UHGV virus genome: UHGV-1374678 | From: a virus | Length of the DNA: 64,000 bases | Reading direction: 5' to 3' (one strand) | Shown: positions 29,784 through 40,735 of the stretch, piece by piece | How the letters are laid out: each line of letters opens with the position of its first letter | Position numbering within the stretch: position 1 is the first letter of the stretch | Made by a program: the position numbers and the translations under genes | Notes under the pieces: model-generated | The model's input: the letters and a program-made list of their open reading frames with translations, nothing else | Database searches by the model: none | Told to the model about the DNA's origin: nothing

Positions 29784-31457
29784 CTACATATCATTTTTCC
29801 CATTTTCTCTACTCGAACTTCCTTCGTCTGTCAATTCAGTAGCATCTTTTGTTGGTGCTCCACCGTCAGAAGAAGATGACGACTGAGTATAACTTGTATT
29901 TAAAGGTGTCATTAACTCGTTAATTCCTAAAGCCGATTCTAGATATAATGACGAAATAAACTCCAACTGACTTTCTCCGTCAAGAATCGCAATCTTCATT
30001 TTATTCATCCCGTTCTGTGCGGATTCAAGGTATTCTTTTCTTTTGGATTTTCTGGTGTACGGACATACACCTTTAAGATATTTAATTCGAGCATGATCAT
30101 TTCCAATGGTGTAATCGAAATACAAATTGAGATATCTATTTAACTGGGGAACGATTGTTCCATGAGCCAGTTCCATATCTGCAATGATTTGAGCTTCGTA
30201 GATGGTCGATCCGGTTTTATCATTATCAAGGATAACTCCACCAACCCGTTTAAAAAGATTAGACAATGAACTTGAAATCATATCTGTATCATCTGTTGTG
30301 TTCAAATCTTTAAATTCTACAGCTTCGATAGGAATAGGAGATAAACATGCATTTACACATTCCGGAAGTGCAGCTACGAATTTATTATAATATTTAAGTG
30401 CAGTCTGCGGATCAACTTCGAAATCATCTGGGGATTTTGCTCCTGTTAATGGCTTTAATCTTGCAACAAGCAGTTTATAAGCACTCAGTTCATCTTTCGC
30501 AGTCTTAATTGATTGAAGGTCTATATTTGAAATAATTGACTCAAATAAGCTTGCAAACGGTGGATAGTCCATTGTTGCATCGTCTGCATTTACTTTTAAA
30601 CATATTTGTCTTTCAGGATCAAGTTCCTGCCATCTAAGAGACGAATCATTCTCATAAGCTTCATATTTCTCTTTGAATTCACTATCCCAATAGTCCAAAT
30701 ATGTACTATGTGATCTGAAATAACTAAAATCGAATGCAAACCGAAAAACACCTTCTTCAATTGAAGATACTCTGCAATAATCTCCATCAAGAATCTGATA
30801 AAAACATGTTCCGCCTTCCTGATCGGAATCATCATACACATACCCATATACTGTATCTTCACGCCACGCAACTATTAGCAGTTTTGTAAGCTCATTTTCA
30901 AAATTCATTCTCTGCCATTTTGAAAGTGTTGTATACCAATTTTTTATTAATTTATTTTCATTAATCTTTTTTGTCGGATCAACTAACGGGACTATATTAA
31001 AAACATCCCCACATACCATAGTTGCATAAAAATAGCAGATTCTTTTATATTCGTAACATAAACGATATAAATATCTGCTTAAATTTCTAATCTGTGATTC
31101 ATAGTTTTTGGGAGATTTAAGATATGTACGAAGTGTATCTCTCGAATAAGTTTGGAATGTTCTACTTTCTGTTTTTGAAAGGTCAACAAGTTGCAATGCA
31201 TCAATCATTGCCTGTGTTGTGGCGAACATTTCATTCACTTGTTCTTGTTTTGTAAGATATTCTGAAACCTGTTTTACTGTTTTGTCTCCAGACGGAGTTG
31301 AAATGGATGGTTTTACGTTATTTTTTTTCTTTCCATTTAATAAAAGCTTATCTACTTTATCCATTTTTTTTGACTTGGATAAATTTGTGACAGTAGATTG
31401 AGCAGGTGTACCGTCCAACACCTTTGGTTTATTTTTGCTACCTTTAGGTCTACCCAA
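29784..31457 (-). CDS. putative portal protein
   Basis: 557 aa, directly downstream of the large terminase. Confidence 0.55.
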   Translation of the reverse strand: MGRPKGSKNKPKVLDGTPAQSTVTNLSKSKKMDKVDKLLLNGKKKNNVKPSISTPSGDKTVKQVSEYLTKQEQVNEMFATTQAMIDALQLVDLSKTESRTFQTYSRDTLRTYLKSPKNYESQIRNLSRYLYRLCYEYKRICYFYATMVCGDVFNIVPLVDPTKKINENKLIKNWYTTLSKWQRMNFENELTKLLIVAWREDTVYGYVYDDSDQEGGTCFYQILDGDYCRVSSIEEGVFRFAFDFSYFRSHSTYLDYWDSEFKEKYEAYENDSSLRWQELDPERQICLKVNADDATMDYPPFASLFESIISNIDLQSIKTAKDELSAYKLLVARLKPLTGAKSPDDFEVDPQTALKYYNKFVAALPECVNACLSPIPIEAVEFKDLNTTDDTDMISSSLSNLFKRVGGVILDNDKTGSTIYEAQIIADMELAHGTIVPQLNRYLNLYFDYTIGNDHARIKYLKGVCPYTRKSKRKEYLESAQNGMNKMKIAILDGESQLEFISSLYLESALGINELMTPLNTSYTQSSSSSDGGAPTKDATELTDEGSSSRENGKNDM

Positions 31458-31566
31458 TTTTTGCGTACACCTGCCTTTCTATGATTAATTTTATAATTTT
31501 AAGATGTTTGTGATTTCTATGATTTTTTGAAATAAGAATATTAATTAAGAACATTCAGAAAAAATG

Positions 31567-33600
31567 CTAGGAAAAATAAGAATGTCTGGTTGCAGATTTA
31601 ATTGGAAGCATATCAACTAGAGAAGAAGAGGAGTAGGTTTTTTGTTTTTTGTTTCTTACATGTTCTAGCCTCTTTTCCGATGTGTACCAGCCAAGCATGG
31701 CGAGCACATACGCTCTATCGTCGTGCATCGTCGCTTCAGAATTTCCAGTGTCTGCATCTTTGTGTGCTGGAAGTTTGAAGCTATCTTTTCCACCTTCTCT
31801 TTTTGTTCTACAAATATTTACGATTTCTTCCTTCATTGCATCTATTTGAATTAAAGCAACTTCTTCATCCAATGATAATTTATACATTGTAGTTTTTGCC
31901 GATTCTATTTCTGATAATCGCTCTTCAAGTTTCTCTTCATATTCGCTAATATCAAGATCCATTTTATCTAATTCAGATCTAATTTTTTCTTCTGAATCTT
32001 TCATAAGATTGTTATCAACTTCAAGGATATTTAAGTATCCTTTTCCATCATATTTTTCTGTAAAATGTATTTTATCAGCTTCAACCATTTTTATTAATGC
32101 TTCAAACATTTCAGCTTTATATTTACTTGGCTCAATCAGTTTCAACTTATCTATTGCATCTGGATATCGTCTAGCATAAACATCTCCATTTGCATATTCC
32201 TTATCAATTAGACCATGGTGAATTTTTCCAGTTTTGTCTGTCCATTCTTCGATAAGACTATCTCGAACCCATGAATTTCCGCCACCGCCTGAACCTGCAT
32301 CTGCTAAGACAATTTCAATATTTTCATAATCTAAAGCATCTCCATTATAATCTAACAACGCTTGTCTTAATTCACGTATTTGATCTTGGGTCATCATAGG
32401 AGTTTTCCTCCTCAAACCCAAGTCTGCGAAAGATATTACATTCACAATATCCATCGTATAGCCGTCCTGTTCATTATATAATAATTCTCCGATTCCAAGA
32501 ATACTATTATCTGTTGATCTTGCCGGGTCATAAGCCAATACAAATTTCCTTGTATTTGTATCATTATAAAGGACAGGTGGTTTATTAAATGAATTTCTAA
32601 CGATTAATGCACGTTTTATAATTTGTCCAACGCCACCGTCTTGTGTAAATTGATTATAGTATTCTCGCATTGCTTTTTCTGGATTATTTCTGATTTCATT
32701 TTCAATGGTTTCTCTATTAAGAAGAGAAGCAGGATATGGTTTCCCATGAAAAGTTGTGTTGATTACGATGTCACAATTTAAATCTGCGACAAAGTATCTT
32801 GGGTCGCCCAGCAACATTTTTTTAGAAAAATCACGATATTTTTGATAAAATGCGGTGTCAATAGATGAGGCAGAAGATGCATATAATAATTGATGTGGAA
32901 ATTCTTTTGGAACAGTTGCAACGTCAATATTTCCACCAAGTTTAAAGTCTGCACTCTGAGTTGTAAATGCTCCGATAACATTGAATTCTTCTTCTGATAA
33001 CCAGCCTCCTTCATCGAAATACACGGCTTCTGCACGTTTTCCTCTTTTTGCGTTAATATTGCTATTTAAAGTTTTTACAAAGCTACCGTTGTAAAGCTTA
33101 TATGTAAATCCCATGGGATTATGGATAAAACCAGACGAATTCGCTTGGGAAACTTCAACTTCATTTCTAAAAACATCAGTTAATCCCGTCATAGATTCGA
33201 TGTTTTTCATTGCAATATCTTCAATTTTTCTAAAGGTCTCTTGAGATTGATCTGCCGTACCAGAACAAATATAAATACGATAATTATTATGTAGAAGTCC
33301 TCGAAGCATAGCATATAACGCTAATTTGGTTGTCTTTCCTGCATTTCGACTTTCCAACCATAAAACATATGGTCTTGTCCAACTCATCATAAAAGTATAT
33401 TCCTGAGAATCAAGCAAATCAACACCAACAAATTGAGACAAAAATTTAGTAGGATATCTTAATCCCCATTGCTTTATTTCTGCTAATTTTTGATAACTTT
33501 CTAATTTTCTTTGTGAAATTTCTCGTTCTGTTGGTTTGACATAAACTTCATAATTTTGTGGAAGAAAAATTCCAGAGGATGTCTTAATCATTTGCATCAC
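31567..33600 (-). CDS. terL: terminase large subunit
   Basis: Walker A ESRNAGKTTKLA, Walker B VYFDEGGW, C-terminal acidic nuclease-like VLAYDPARSTDNS. Confidence 0.75.
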   Translation of the reverse strand: MMQMIKTSSGIFLPQNYEVYVKPTEREISQRKLESYQKLAEIKQWGLRYPTKFLSQFVGVDLLDSQEYTFMMSWTRPYVLWLESRNAGKTTKLALYAMLRGLLHNNYRIYICSGTADQSQETFRKIEDIAMKNIESMTGLTDVFRNEVEVSQANSSGFIHNPMGFTYKLYNGSFVKTLNSNINAKRGKRAEAVYFDEGGWLSEEEFNVIGAFTTQSADFKLGGNIDVATVPKEFPHQLLYASSASSIDTAFYQKYRDFSKKMLLGDPRYFVADLNCDIVINTTFHGKPYPASLLNRETIENEIRNNPEKAMREYYNQFTQDGGVGQIIKRALIVRNSFNKPPVLYNDTNTRKFVLAYDPARSTDNSILGIGELLYNEQDGYTMDIVNVISFADLGLRRKTPMMTQDQIRELRQALLDYNGDALDYENIEIVLADAGSGGGGNSWVRDSLIEEWTDKTGKIHHGLIDKEYANGDVYARRYPDAIDKLKLIEPSKYKAEMFEALIKMVEADKIHFTEKYDGKGYLNILEVDNNLMKDSEEKIRSELDKMDLDISEYEEKLEERLSEIESAKTTMYKLSLDEEVALIQIDAMKEEIVNICRTKREGGKDSFKLPAHKDADTGNSEATMHDDRAYVLAMLGWYTSEKRLEHVRNKKQKTYSSSSLVDMLPIKSATRHSYFS

Positions 33601-34786
33601 CTGTCAAGTCAATATTGTTGTCTTTTAAAAGGGCTTTTAAATCATAATTTTCCTTTAAAAGAATTCTTGATTTTTCTTCGTTTTCATCAGATTTTTTCTT
33701 GTATTTGTTTATTAGCTCACGTTGCTGTATAATCATGTCGTTATAATCATTTTCATCTAATCTAATTTGCTTAATAATTGCAGCATCACTGATTTCAGCA
33801 ACTTGTTTTAGTCCATCTGAGTATTCAATGTCATACAAATTTGTTTCAGCCTCTGCCAAATTCATTTCTTTCATTTTTCGTACTTTCCCCGTCCATGTAT
33901 TTTCTCCCTTAGATGCGTTTACAGAGTGTTTCAAACTAATTCCGTTATCTTTTGCTAAATTTAATACAGATGCAGTAATCTTATTCTTTGTTACTTCAAG
34001 GTTTTTTATAGTTGCAATATTCTTTTCCATATTTTGAACATCGGACATTAATGTAGTGATAACATTGTTAATTTTTTCTATATGATTAAAACTTTTTACA
34101 ATTTCTATAGATGACGAAGTTTTTAATCTATCTTCGTTTGCATCTTCGCTGGAATCTAAATATCCTATTAAACTGGCATATAGGTAAGGTTGATCAGACG
34201 GCTGTTCTTTTTCGAACGGATCATACCCAAGTAAACGAATAGTATCTTTTTTATTTTGCTTAAATGTTTCTAAGATTTCATCATTTACAGTAGAAGAAGT
34301 TGTTTTGTCGTTTTCGTTGCTTATTTTTATAGAATTATTTTTTTGAAAATAAAAATCACTGTCAGAAAAAGTTTTACAGTTATATTGTCCCATGGCTACG
34401 TTTTTGATATATGCAGCCCATGGATTTGATTTTATTCTTCCAGACGCTAAATTATCTGATTCTGAGACGCTGGAATCCCATAAATCATTTAAAAAAGGCT
34501 TATCCAAATATTTAAGAGCCAATATAACAGACTCTTTGTCGGGTTCGTGTTCTACTTTGTCTTTCCCAACTTTAAGAGCTATTTTTTTTGCACATTCCTT
34601 GCATATTGGTGTAATTCCACTTTTATTTAATGGGTCAGTACTTACATAAAATTTATCTCTTGTTTTGTGTGTATTACAAAGATAGCACCACGCTCCATCT
34701 TTCAATGCGTTTACCTTGTCTTCGAGTCTGGAAATTTTTGCTTTCATTTGTGCAGCCGTCAATTTAGCTGTTCCATCCGTAGCCAA
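33584..34786 (-). CDS. hypothetical Zn-finger DNA-binding protein (small terminase subunit candidate by position)
   Basis: CYLCN..CKEC motif; coiled coils; immediately upstream of terL. Confidence 0.3.
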   Translation of the reverse strand: MATDGTAKLTAAQMKAKISRLEDKVNALKDGAWCYLCNTHKTRDKFYVSTDPLNKSGITPICKECAKKIALKVGKDKVEHEPDKESVILALKYLDKPFLNDLWDSSVSESDNLASGRIKSNPWAAYIKNVAMGQYNCKTFSDSDFYFQKNNSIKISNENDKTTSSTVNDEILETFKQNKKDTIRLLGYDPFEKEQPSDQPYLYASLIGYLDSSEDANEDRLKTSSSIEIVKSFNHIEKINNVITTLMSDVQNMEKNIATIKNLEVTKNKITASVLNLAKDNGISLKHSVNASKGENTWTGKVRKMKEMNLAEAETNLYDIEYSDGLKQVAEISDAAIIKQIRLDENDYNDMIIQQRELINKYKKKSDENEEKSRILLKENYDLKALLKDNNIDLTGDAND

Positions 34787-34819
34787 TTAGCAGCCACCTC
34801 CTTTAAATCCAATAACAGA

Positions 34820-36052
34820 TTAAGCACTCTCTGCAATAGCAACGAGAGTGCTTTCTAAATACTCTATGTAATCGTAGTTAATATTAATTTGTAAATTATT
34901 TGTTGTGAACCATTCAGTAAATTCACCATTGTCAATTCTATCTATAAAATCTAAAAAATTATATGGAGAAAATCCAGTATATCCATAATTATCATGAAAT
35001 AGTTTATGCACTTCTTTATTAATACAAGCTCCATACCCATAGATTGTATGCAATTCTTTAAGTTTACATCTGAGCAGCATGAAGTCATTCTTTTCATAAT
35101 CACATACTTGCTGTTTTACCTCAATTCCAGTCAACTCAAAAACTTCATCCACAATATCTCTAAAAGCAGTTGTATGATGTATATTATGAAAACCACCACC
35201 AGTAATTACACATTTGTAATTGCAAAATTTCATCGAATCATTAGTCCAGTCTTTTGTATCAGAACGAAGCTCTTTATATGTAGAGAGAATTCCACCTTTC
35301 CAACGCCCATTAAGTTCGCCATATAAAGGATTGATGTGCCTTGGGTTATTATCACTAGACCACTCGCCTTTTATTCCTTTACATTGTTCGGGACTTCTTT
35401 TCCTACCTTTCCACCAACCGTCATGAGTCTTATAATATTCTTTACGAGCTATAGAAATTTTACGACATGTTTCTGGTGATATAATTCTACCTTTTAACTT
35501 TTCACTATTTTTTAAACGTCTTGAGACATTGGCTCTGTGTTTTGCTTCGCAATTTTTACCTACTAATCCAAGAATGCCAGCACGACATTCTATTGATCTA
35601 ATTGTTCTATTAGGAAAGAATAGATTGTGTAATTCTTCTCCGGTAAAATTTTTATAGTTTTCATACATTAACTTATCTTCGTGTTCTGACCATTTTTCAA
35701 ATACTGTATAGTTAGGGTCTAAGAACCCAGCTTCTTTTTTATTGCACTCTCTACAAACGCTCCTCAGTCCGTCTTTACATGATAAATCAATTGAAAAATA
35801 CAATTTATTATTTGGTAAATCACGCCCACAATTTTTACAATGTCGAGTACCCGGATAGAACAAATCTTTCCCTTTATTTTTTTCGATTGTTTTTAAACGT
35901 TTCTCTTTACTTATTTTAGCTTGACATGTTTTACATACAGAACTTAATCTGCCTAGTTTTTTGTTAGCATAAGTAAAATATTCATTAGTATTTGGATATT
36001 CTTTATTGCATTTTGTGCAAGTTCTTATTTTAGAATCTATACTTGTCCCCAT
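34820..36052 (-). CDS. HNH homing endonuclease
   Basis: N-terminal Zn fingers CTKCN..CKTC and CKNCG..CRECN, plus the HNH motif GGGFHNIHHTTAF. Confidence 0.7.
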   Translation of the reverse strand: MGTSIDSKIRTCTKCNKEYPNTNEYFTYANKKLGRLSSVCKTCQAKISKEKRLKTIEKNKGKDLFYPGTRHCKNCGRDLPNNKLYFSIDLSCKDGLRSVCRECNKKEAGFLDPNYTVFEKWSEHEDKLMYENYKNFTGEELHNLFFPNRTIRSIECRAGILGLVGKNCEAKHRANVSRRLKNSEKLKGRIISPETCRKISIARKEYYKTHDGWWKGRKRSPEQCKGIKGEWSSDNNPRHINPLYGELNGRWKGGILSTYKELRSDTKDWTNDSMKFCNYKCVITGGGFHNIHHTTAFRDIVDEVFELTGIEVKQQVCDYEKNDFMLLRCKLKELHTIYGYGACINKEVHKLFHDNYGYTGFSPYNFLDFIDRIDNGEFTEWFTTNNLQININYDYIEYLESTLVAIAESA

Positions 36053-36380
36053 GTGTATATCCCATTATCTCCAACCTCCTTATATAACCTAGCGAACAAT
36101 AATTTAAAAGAGCAGAAGAGTGGCGAGGTTAGAATAACCACATACAAACTGGTAGCTACTCCAAGTTTGCTTCTACTCTTGAATAGTCACGTCCCACCGA
36201 CAGAACAACAAACGCCAAATCGTTTATGACTACATTTATTTATTCTCTAAATTCTAAAAATCCACTTGTAAAAATTGAGAGTCTTTGTATTACTTTTAAC
36301 TCTTTTATAAAACGCTGTGGCAAGTTTTATCTTTATAGTTCTTCTTTATTTGTGGATCGAAGCAAATCCTTACATCCTTA

Positions 36381-38954
36381 TTATTCTCCATATATCGCAA
36401 ACACTGGACGAATACCGTATGTGCTCGTGGCGGCATCATTACTTGCATCTCCATATTGTGAAACTAAAGCATATGTTTGCGAACTTGATACGTTTCGCAA
36501 CCAGTAGTTCGTACCGATTACCTTCAACTCAGGCACAAGCCGGAACAGTGCCAACTGCTGCGTATCAGATGTCTGCCTATTATTGTTGTCGGTACAAATA
36601 TATGTACCATGCACCATTACTTCATTCATGAGATCCACGGACGCATTTATCCAAGCTCCATCGGAAAACATTCTATGTGATATCAGTATATTTTTAAATG
36701 CGTCCGGCAGCGAGTTAGCTATTTGATTTAACCGTGCATTTTTCATCGTCGAACTGTTGTAGCCGCCTGATGTACTGTTGCTTGTATGCATCTGTCCGCT
36801 CCCTAATATAGTATCCGGGACTATTAATATATGGGGTTTTTGTACTGATTCTGGATAACCTACATTTCGCCAGTAATTAATGTCTGCTATCCGGTATCGC
36901 ACCCCATTTATCTCCCAGTAGTCACCGACGTATAAATCGTCAAAGCTTCCATCACGGATTGCAGCTAATTGTTCTTCTGTGATTGACTCTCCCAAGGATT
37001 TTCCCCGGAAGATGTTCCGATGCATATAAGGATTGTCAAGTAGTGACTTAAGTATTGCTCCGATTGGTATTGTGTTGTCACCATAGTGCACTGTTACATC
37101 ACCTGCATACTCAGCGTTGCCGTCCCAATCGACTGTATGTATGTTTTTTCGGTTATTAGCGTCTGTGCCTCCACCTACAATATGGGCATACTTGCCATCT
37201 GCATCCTCCACATTGTACTTGCCCTGTACGTGCTGGTATTTACATGATGCAATTGTACCACCACCCTCTGCGTGAGTGGCTGTCTGATTTGCGACCGTAG
37301 CAAACCCCTCGGCATGAGAGCATTGACCGTTAGCTTGCGTTCCATAATTCTGAGCATTAGCCATGCTTGCGGTAGCTTTTGAGTTGTACCCAGATGCATG
37401 GGAGTAGCTGCCTGTCGCATATGTATTATACCCCTCGCTATGTGCTGCTTGACCACTGGCTGTAGTGCCGTAGCCTTCTCCATGAGCATATTTGTTCGAC
37501 GCAATTGTTCCCGCACCACCCTCGGCATGAGAGCCACGTCCTGTTGCTTTTGTCAGTTCTCCCTCTGCGAAACTGTACTGTCCAGATGCTTCTACGTCAT
37601 ACCCAAAAGCTATACTTTTCTCTCCAACTGTTGTGACTGTTTTTCTTCCAAAACTAACAGACCAGTCTGCTGATAGATACTTACTGTCATTCTCAAGCTG
37701 ACCTACTTTTGTCGGGATAGAAGATTGTACATTTTGTAAATTTTCTTGTAATGATTCTATATTAGTTTTATTGGAATTAATTTGACTCTTATGTGATTCA
37801 TAATCGGTAACGAAATCATCAGTAGAAAATGACTTTATATCTGCAAAAGAAGTTTTTTTTACTTTTTGTTCTTCATTGTCCCAAAGAGGTATAACGTCAT
37901 TTTCATTAATCGTCTCTTTCATTGGATAATCATTAAAGGTCTTTCCAATCATTTTTATCATTTCAGAACCTGCACTATTAACCTCACTGATTGCTGATTC
38001 TTTGGCGGAAGAAAGAACTTTTATGCTCTCATCATTTTGATTTTTTATAGATTGTAGCGATTCGTTTTTGGACGATGTGATTTCGGAAATAGAGTTATTT
38101 TTTAATTCATTAATAGAAGACAAACATTCATTGCCTGCCTGCGTCAGAACTGTCTTGTGCGAATTAAAATCGGAAGTGTATTGATTTGTGAAATTAGAAA
38201 TATCAGATGCTATAGATTCAGATTTTGATTCAACTTCATTTTTAATCAAATTAATTGATTCATATTTCTCGGCTATATCTGATGCCTTTTGTGTAATATC
38301 TGTTGCAAGATCTTCAACTTGCTGTTTGTTGCTTTCTATTTTGGAATTTATATCTTCGATTGAAGAGAAATTGTCTTTGACTGTTTCTTGAATATTTTGT
38401 AATTCTTCGAAAATATTATCTATTGATTGTTTTACATTATCTACATGTTCTCTGTCAGCAGAAGCAGAGCTTGCATTTTCATCTGCGACAATTGCAGCGT
38501 TTTCTAGTCTGTCTTGAGCAATCCTTAATGCTTCCAACATTTCATCAATTGCTGGGCTTTCAACTTTTTCAATTTCAGATTCATCTAAAAAATTATCTCT
38601 AACAATTATTCTTCCAAAAGTGTTACTAACATATGTAACCTTACTTTGGTCAATATTGTTGTCTTCAATTTCATAATCGTCATCAGTGGCAATCAAAAGC
38701 AATTTCCATTTTCCTGGATAGGCACTGATCTTTGATGTAATAACAACTTCACTATTTATAATTGGTTCAATGTAATACTTTTTTGTTACCGGATTGAGTA
38801 GAGCAATATACTTTCTTCCAGTAATCCCCTCATCAAGAGAAAAAATTAATTTAGATATCTTATTGTCGTATTTATTAACGACTATTTTCCCATTATCATT
38901 ATCACATGACAATTCTTTTCCAATCTGTGTAATTGTATTTGTTATATATTCCAT
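36381..38954 (-). CDS. tail fiber protein with SHAEG-type repeats
   Basis: Repeated GSHAEGGAGT / AHSEGYNT / SHAEGFAT / THAEGGGT blocks, coiled-coil N-terminal half, C-terminal globular domain. Confidence 0.65.
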   Translation of the reverse strand: MEYITNTITQIGKELSCDNDNGKIVVNKYDNKISKLIFSLDEGITGRKYIALLNPVTKKYYIEPIINSEVVITSKISAYPGKWKLLLIATDDDYEIEDNNIDQSKVTYVSNTFGRIIVRDNFLDESEIEKVESPAIDEMLEALRIAQDRLENAAIVADENASSASADREHVDNVKQSIDNIFEELQNIQETVKDNFSSIEDINSKIESNKQQVEDLATDITQKASDIAEKYESINLIKNEVESKSESIASDISNFTNQYTSDFNSHKTVLTQAGNECLSSINELKNNSISEITSSKNESLQSIKNQNDESIKVLSSAKESAISEVNSAGSEMIKMIGKTFNDYPMKETINENDVIPLWDNEEQKVKKTSFADIKSFSTDDFVTDYESHKSQINSNKTNIESLQENLQNVQSSIPTKVGQLENDSKYLSADWSVSFGRKTVTTVGEKSIAFGYDVEASGQYSFAEGELTKATGRGSHAEGGAGTIASNKYAHGEGYGTTASGQAAHSEGYNTYATGSYSHASGYNSKATASMANAQNYGTQANGQCSHAEGFATVANQTATHAEGGGTIASCKYQHVQGKYNVEDADGKYAHIVGGGTDANNRKNIHTVDWDGNAEYAGDVTVHYGDNTIPIGAILKSLLDNPYMHRNIFRGKSLGESITEEQLAAIRDGSFDDLYVGDYWEINGVRYRIADINYWRNVGYPESVQKPHILIVPDTILGSGQMHTSNSTSGGYNSSTMKNARLNQIANSLPDAFKNILISHRMFSDGAWINASVDLMNEVMVHGTYICTDNNNRQTSDTQQLALFRLVPELKVIGTNYWLRNVSSSQTYALVSQYGDASNDAATSTYGIRPVFAIYGE

Positions 38955-39080
38955 TTTTATTTATCACCGTCCTTTTAGTTTCCAAAATGATTAGAACCGA
39001 CAAAAGCCGGTAATTTCTTATTTCTACGCAACAAAAAAGAGCCAATATCATTGACTCTTTTGATTCGTTATTTATTTGAA

Positions 39081-39164
39081 TACCTCATTTGAGATTCGAA
39101 CTCAGATACCGAAAACCGATATCAGTAATTACAAAAATTACTCCTCCACAAGGATTAATGAGGT
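39081..39164 (-). tRNA. tRNA-like element with class II architecture (long variable arm), anticodon loop TTTTGTA (UUG?); possible pseudo-tRNA or att-associated
   Basis: Perfect 7-bp acceptor stem ACCTCAT/ATGAGGT, U8 A9, anticodon stem GTAAT/ATTAC, 6-bp variable stem, T-loop TTCGAAT; D-arm is weak. Confidence 0.4.
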
Positions 39165-39332
39165 GCAGCAGGAGAGTAGTACTACCCTCCACAGAAGTAG
39201 CGAAACTTCTTTTTAATGGTTCACATTTTATGGCAGTGAAGTACCAGACCGCACAGCAGTCACATTCAAATTCAGACTTGGTACAAGTACCATTTATAAT
39301 AAAAATCTATGATGATTTTTGTTCTTTAGATA

Positions 39333-40388
39333 TTAGATACCAAACATTGAATTAATTGTATCTTCTGAGTGATCTTTCAAATAACTCTGTGTGGTACTCA
39401 CATCAGAATGATGTGCAAACACTTGGATTTGTTCAAGAGGATACTTTCTTGGTTGACCATTTTCGTCAAGCAATCTTTCATCAGTGCCTTGCGCAAGACA
39501 TTCTAATCTTGAATGTCTCATTGTGTGAGTAAATATATTACACTGCTCACCACGTACTTCAGATAAAATCTTTGAAATACTTACTATTCTTCCGTATAGT
39601 ACGTTAGGATCAGAAATAGGCTCTTTATTTTCTCCAGAACCTTTAATCCATAATGAATCAATATTGTCTTCTCCACGCCATTCAAGATACTTTCTTATAA
39701 GCTCTTTTGTGTCATCTAAGTAAACAAGCGGAAACTTTTTACCTCTTTTACCAATGACAACATTAGTCTTATTCCCATCAAGAAGCCCATGCTTTTCAAC
39801 TTGAAATAATTCATTTTTTCTTCCTGCTGAATCAAATCCCAAGCTCCATAATACAGCTAATTGCCATTTTTCTTTTTCTACTAATATATCCCTTACTTTT
39901 ATAAACTCTTCATATGTAAAGAAAAAGTCATCCTCATCATCCTTTACACGAGATTTTGGTATTCCTTTAACTTTCTTTGCATAGTTGATTTCATATTCAT
40001 AATCATCATCTTCTTCGCAAAATGTAAGAAGACTATTTATTGCGCTTTTAAGTCTATTTGTTCTAGCAGCAGACATTTCACATTCTTCTGTAAAATATAA
40101 ACTAAGACCTCTAAAATCTTTTTTCTTCAAATCTAAAACACAACGATTGTCTAGCTCTAAAAGTATATATATCATAATAATTCTAAGGTCATTATAATAT
40201 CCTGCAATAGTTCCCTTGCTCTTTTTTCTCTGTTTATATTCTGCTAAAAAATCATCAAGGATTCTTTTGTTTTCTTTATTTACCTGTTCCCATAATTCAG
40301 GAGTGTAAAAATTATGGTAGATTCTACCTCTTTCCGCCAATTCGTCACTTCCTTTCAAAAATAAAAAAGAAGCTAGATAGTAGTACAA
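39333..40388 (-). CDS. int: tyrosine recombinase / phage integrase
   Basis: FTHTMRHS (HxxR) and FAHHSDVSTTQSYL (catalytic Tyr) near the C-terminus. Confidence 0.75.
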   Translation of the reverse strand: MYYYLASFLFLKGSDELAERGRIYHNFYTPELWEQVNKENKRILDDFLAEYKQRKKSKGTIAGYYNDLRIIMIYILLELDNRCVLDLKKKDFRGLSLYFTEECEMSAARTNRLKSAINSLLTFCEEDDDYEYEINYAKKVKGIPKSRVKDDEDDFFFTYEEFIKVRDILVEKEKWQLAVLWSLGFDSAGRKNELFQVEKHGLLDGNKTNVVIGKRGKKFPLVYLDDTKELIRKYLEWRGEDNIDSLWIKGSGENKEPISDPNVLYGRIVSISKILSEVRGEQCNIFTHTMRHSRLECLAQGTDERLLDENGQPRKYPLEQIQVFAHHSDVSTTQSYLKDHSEDTINSMFGI

Positions 40389-40469
40389 CTAAGCAACTTC
40401 TTTCAAATAACTTATATAACTTAACAATACTTATTTATTCTCCACACAACAATGCAGAAAAATATAAAG

Positions 40470-40542
40470 CAGACCGTTTAGGACTCGAACCTAAATAAAC
40501 AGTTTTGGAGACTGTCATGTTAGCCAATTACATTAACGATCT
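40470..40542 (-). tRNA. tRNA-Trp (anticodon CCA)
   Basis: Folded by hand: acceptor AGATCGT/ACGGTCT, U8 A9, D-stem ATGT/ACAT with GG in the loop, anticodon stem ACAGT/ACTGT with loop CTCCAAA, T-arm TTAGG-TTCGAGT-CCTAA. Confidence 0.7.
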
Positions 40543-40635
40543 ATACGCAGCACATTGCACTCGAAGAAAATACGAATTAACGTACACATTACTTAGCAGG
40601 TAAGTTCCAGACCTTCTGGATTTATGCTGCAAAAA

Positions 40636-40679
40636 TGGATAGCGTAGGAATCGAACCTACAATCTGACCAAACCTACCC
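40636..40679 (-). other. tRNA 3'-half fragment (T-arm GTAGG-TTCGATT-CCTAC plus acceptor 3' strand); att-core-like remnant
   Basis: No D-arm or anticodon arm can be formed from the upstream sequence. Confidence 0.45.
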
Positions 40680-40735
40680 ACATAAAAAGAGCCTGTAAGC
40701 ATATTCACCTACAAGCCCTTCCCTCGTAATTAAAT

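Noticed and set aside
37175-37673. Nested ORFs 37175..37537 (-) and 37398..37673 (+) inside the tail fiber gene
   Set aside because: Alternate frames of the GC-richer SHAEG repeat region; Arg/Leu-rich artefacts.
39089-39355. Plus-strand ORF overlapping the tRNA-like element
   Set aside because: Overlaps the tRNA-like structure and the integrase 3' end; no RBS.
40636-40730. Second complete tRNA beside tRNA-Trp
   Set aside because: Only the T-arm and 3' acceptor strand can be formed. No 5' half pairs in either class I or class II layout, so it is treated as a fragment.
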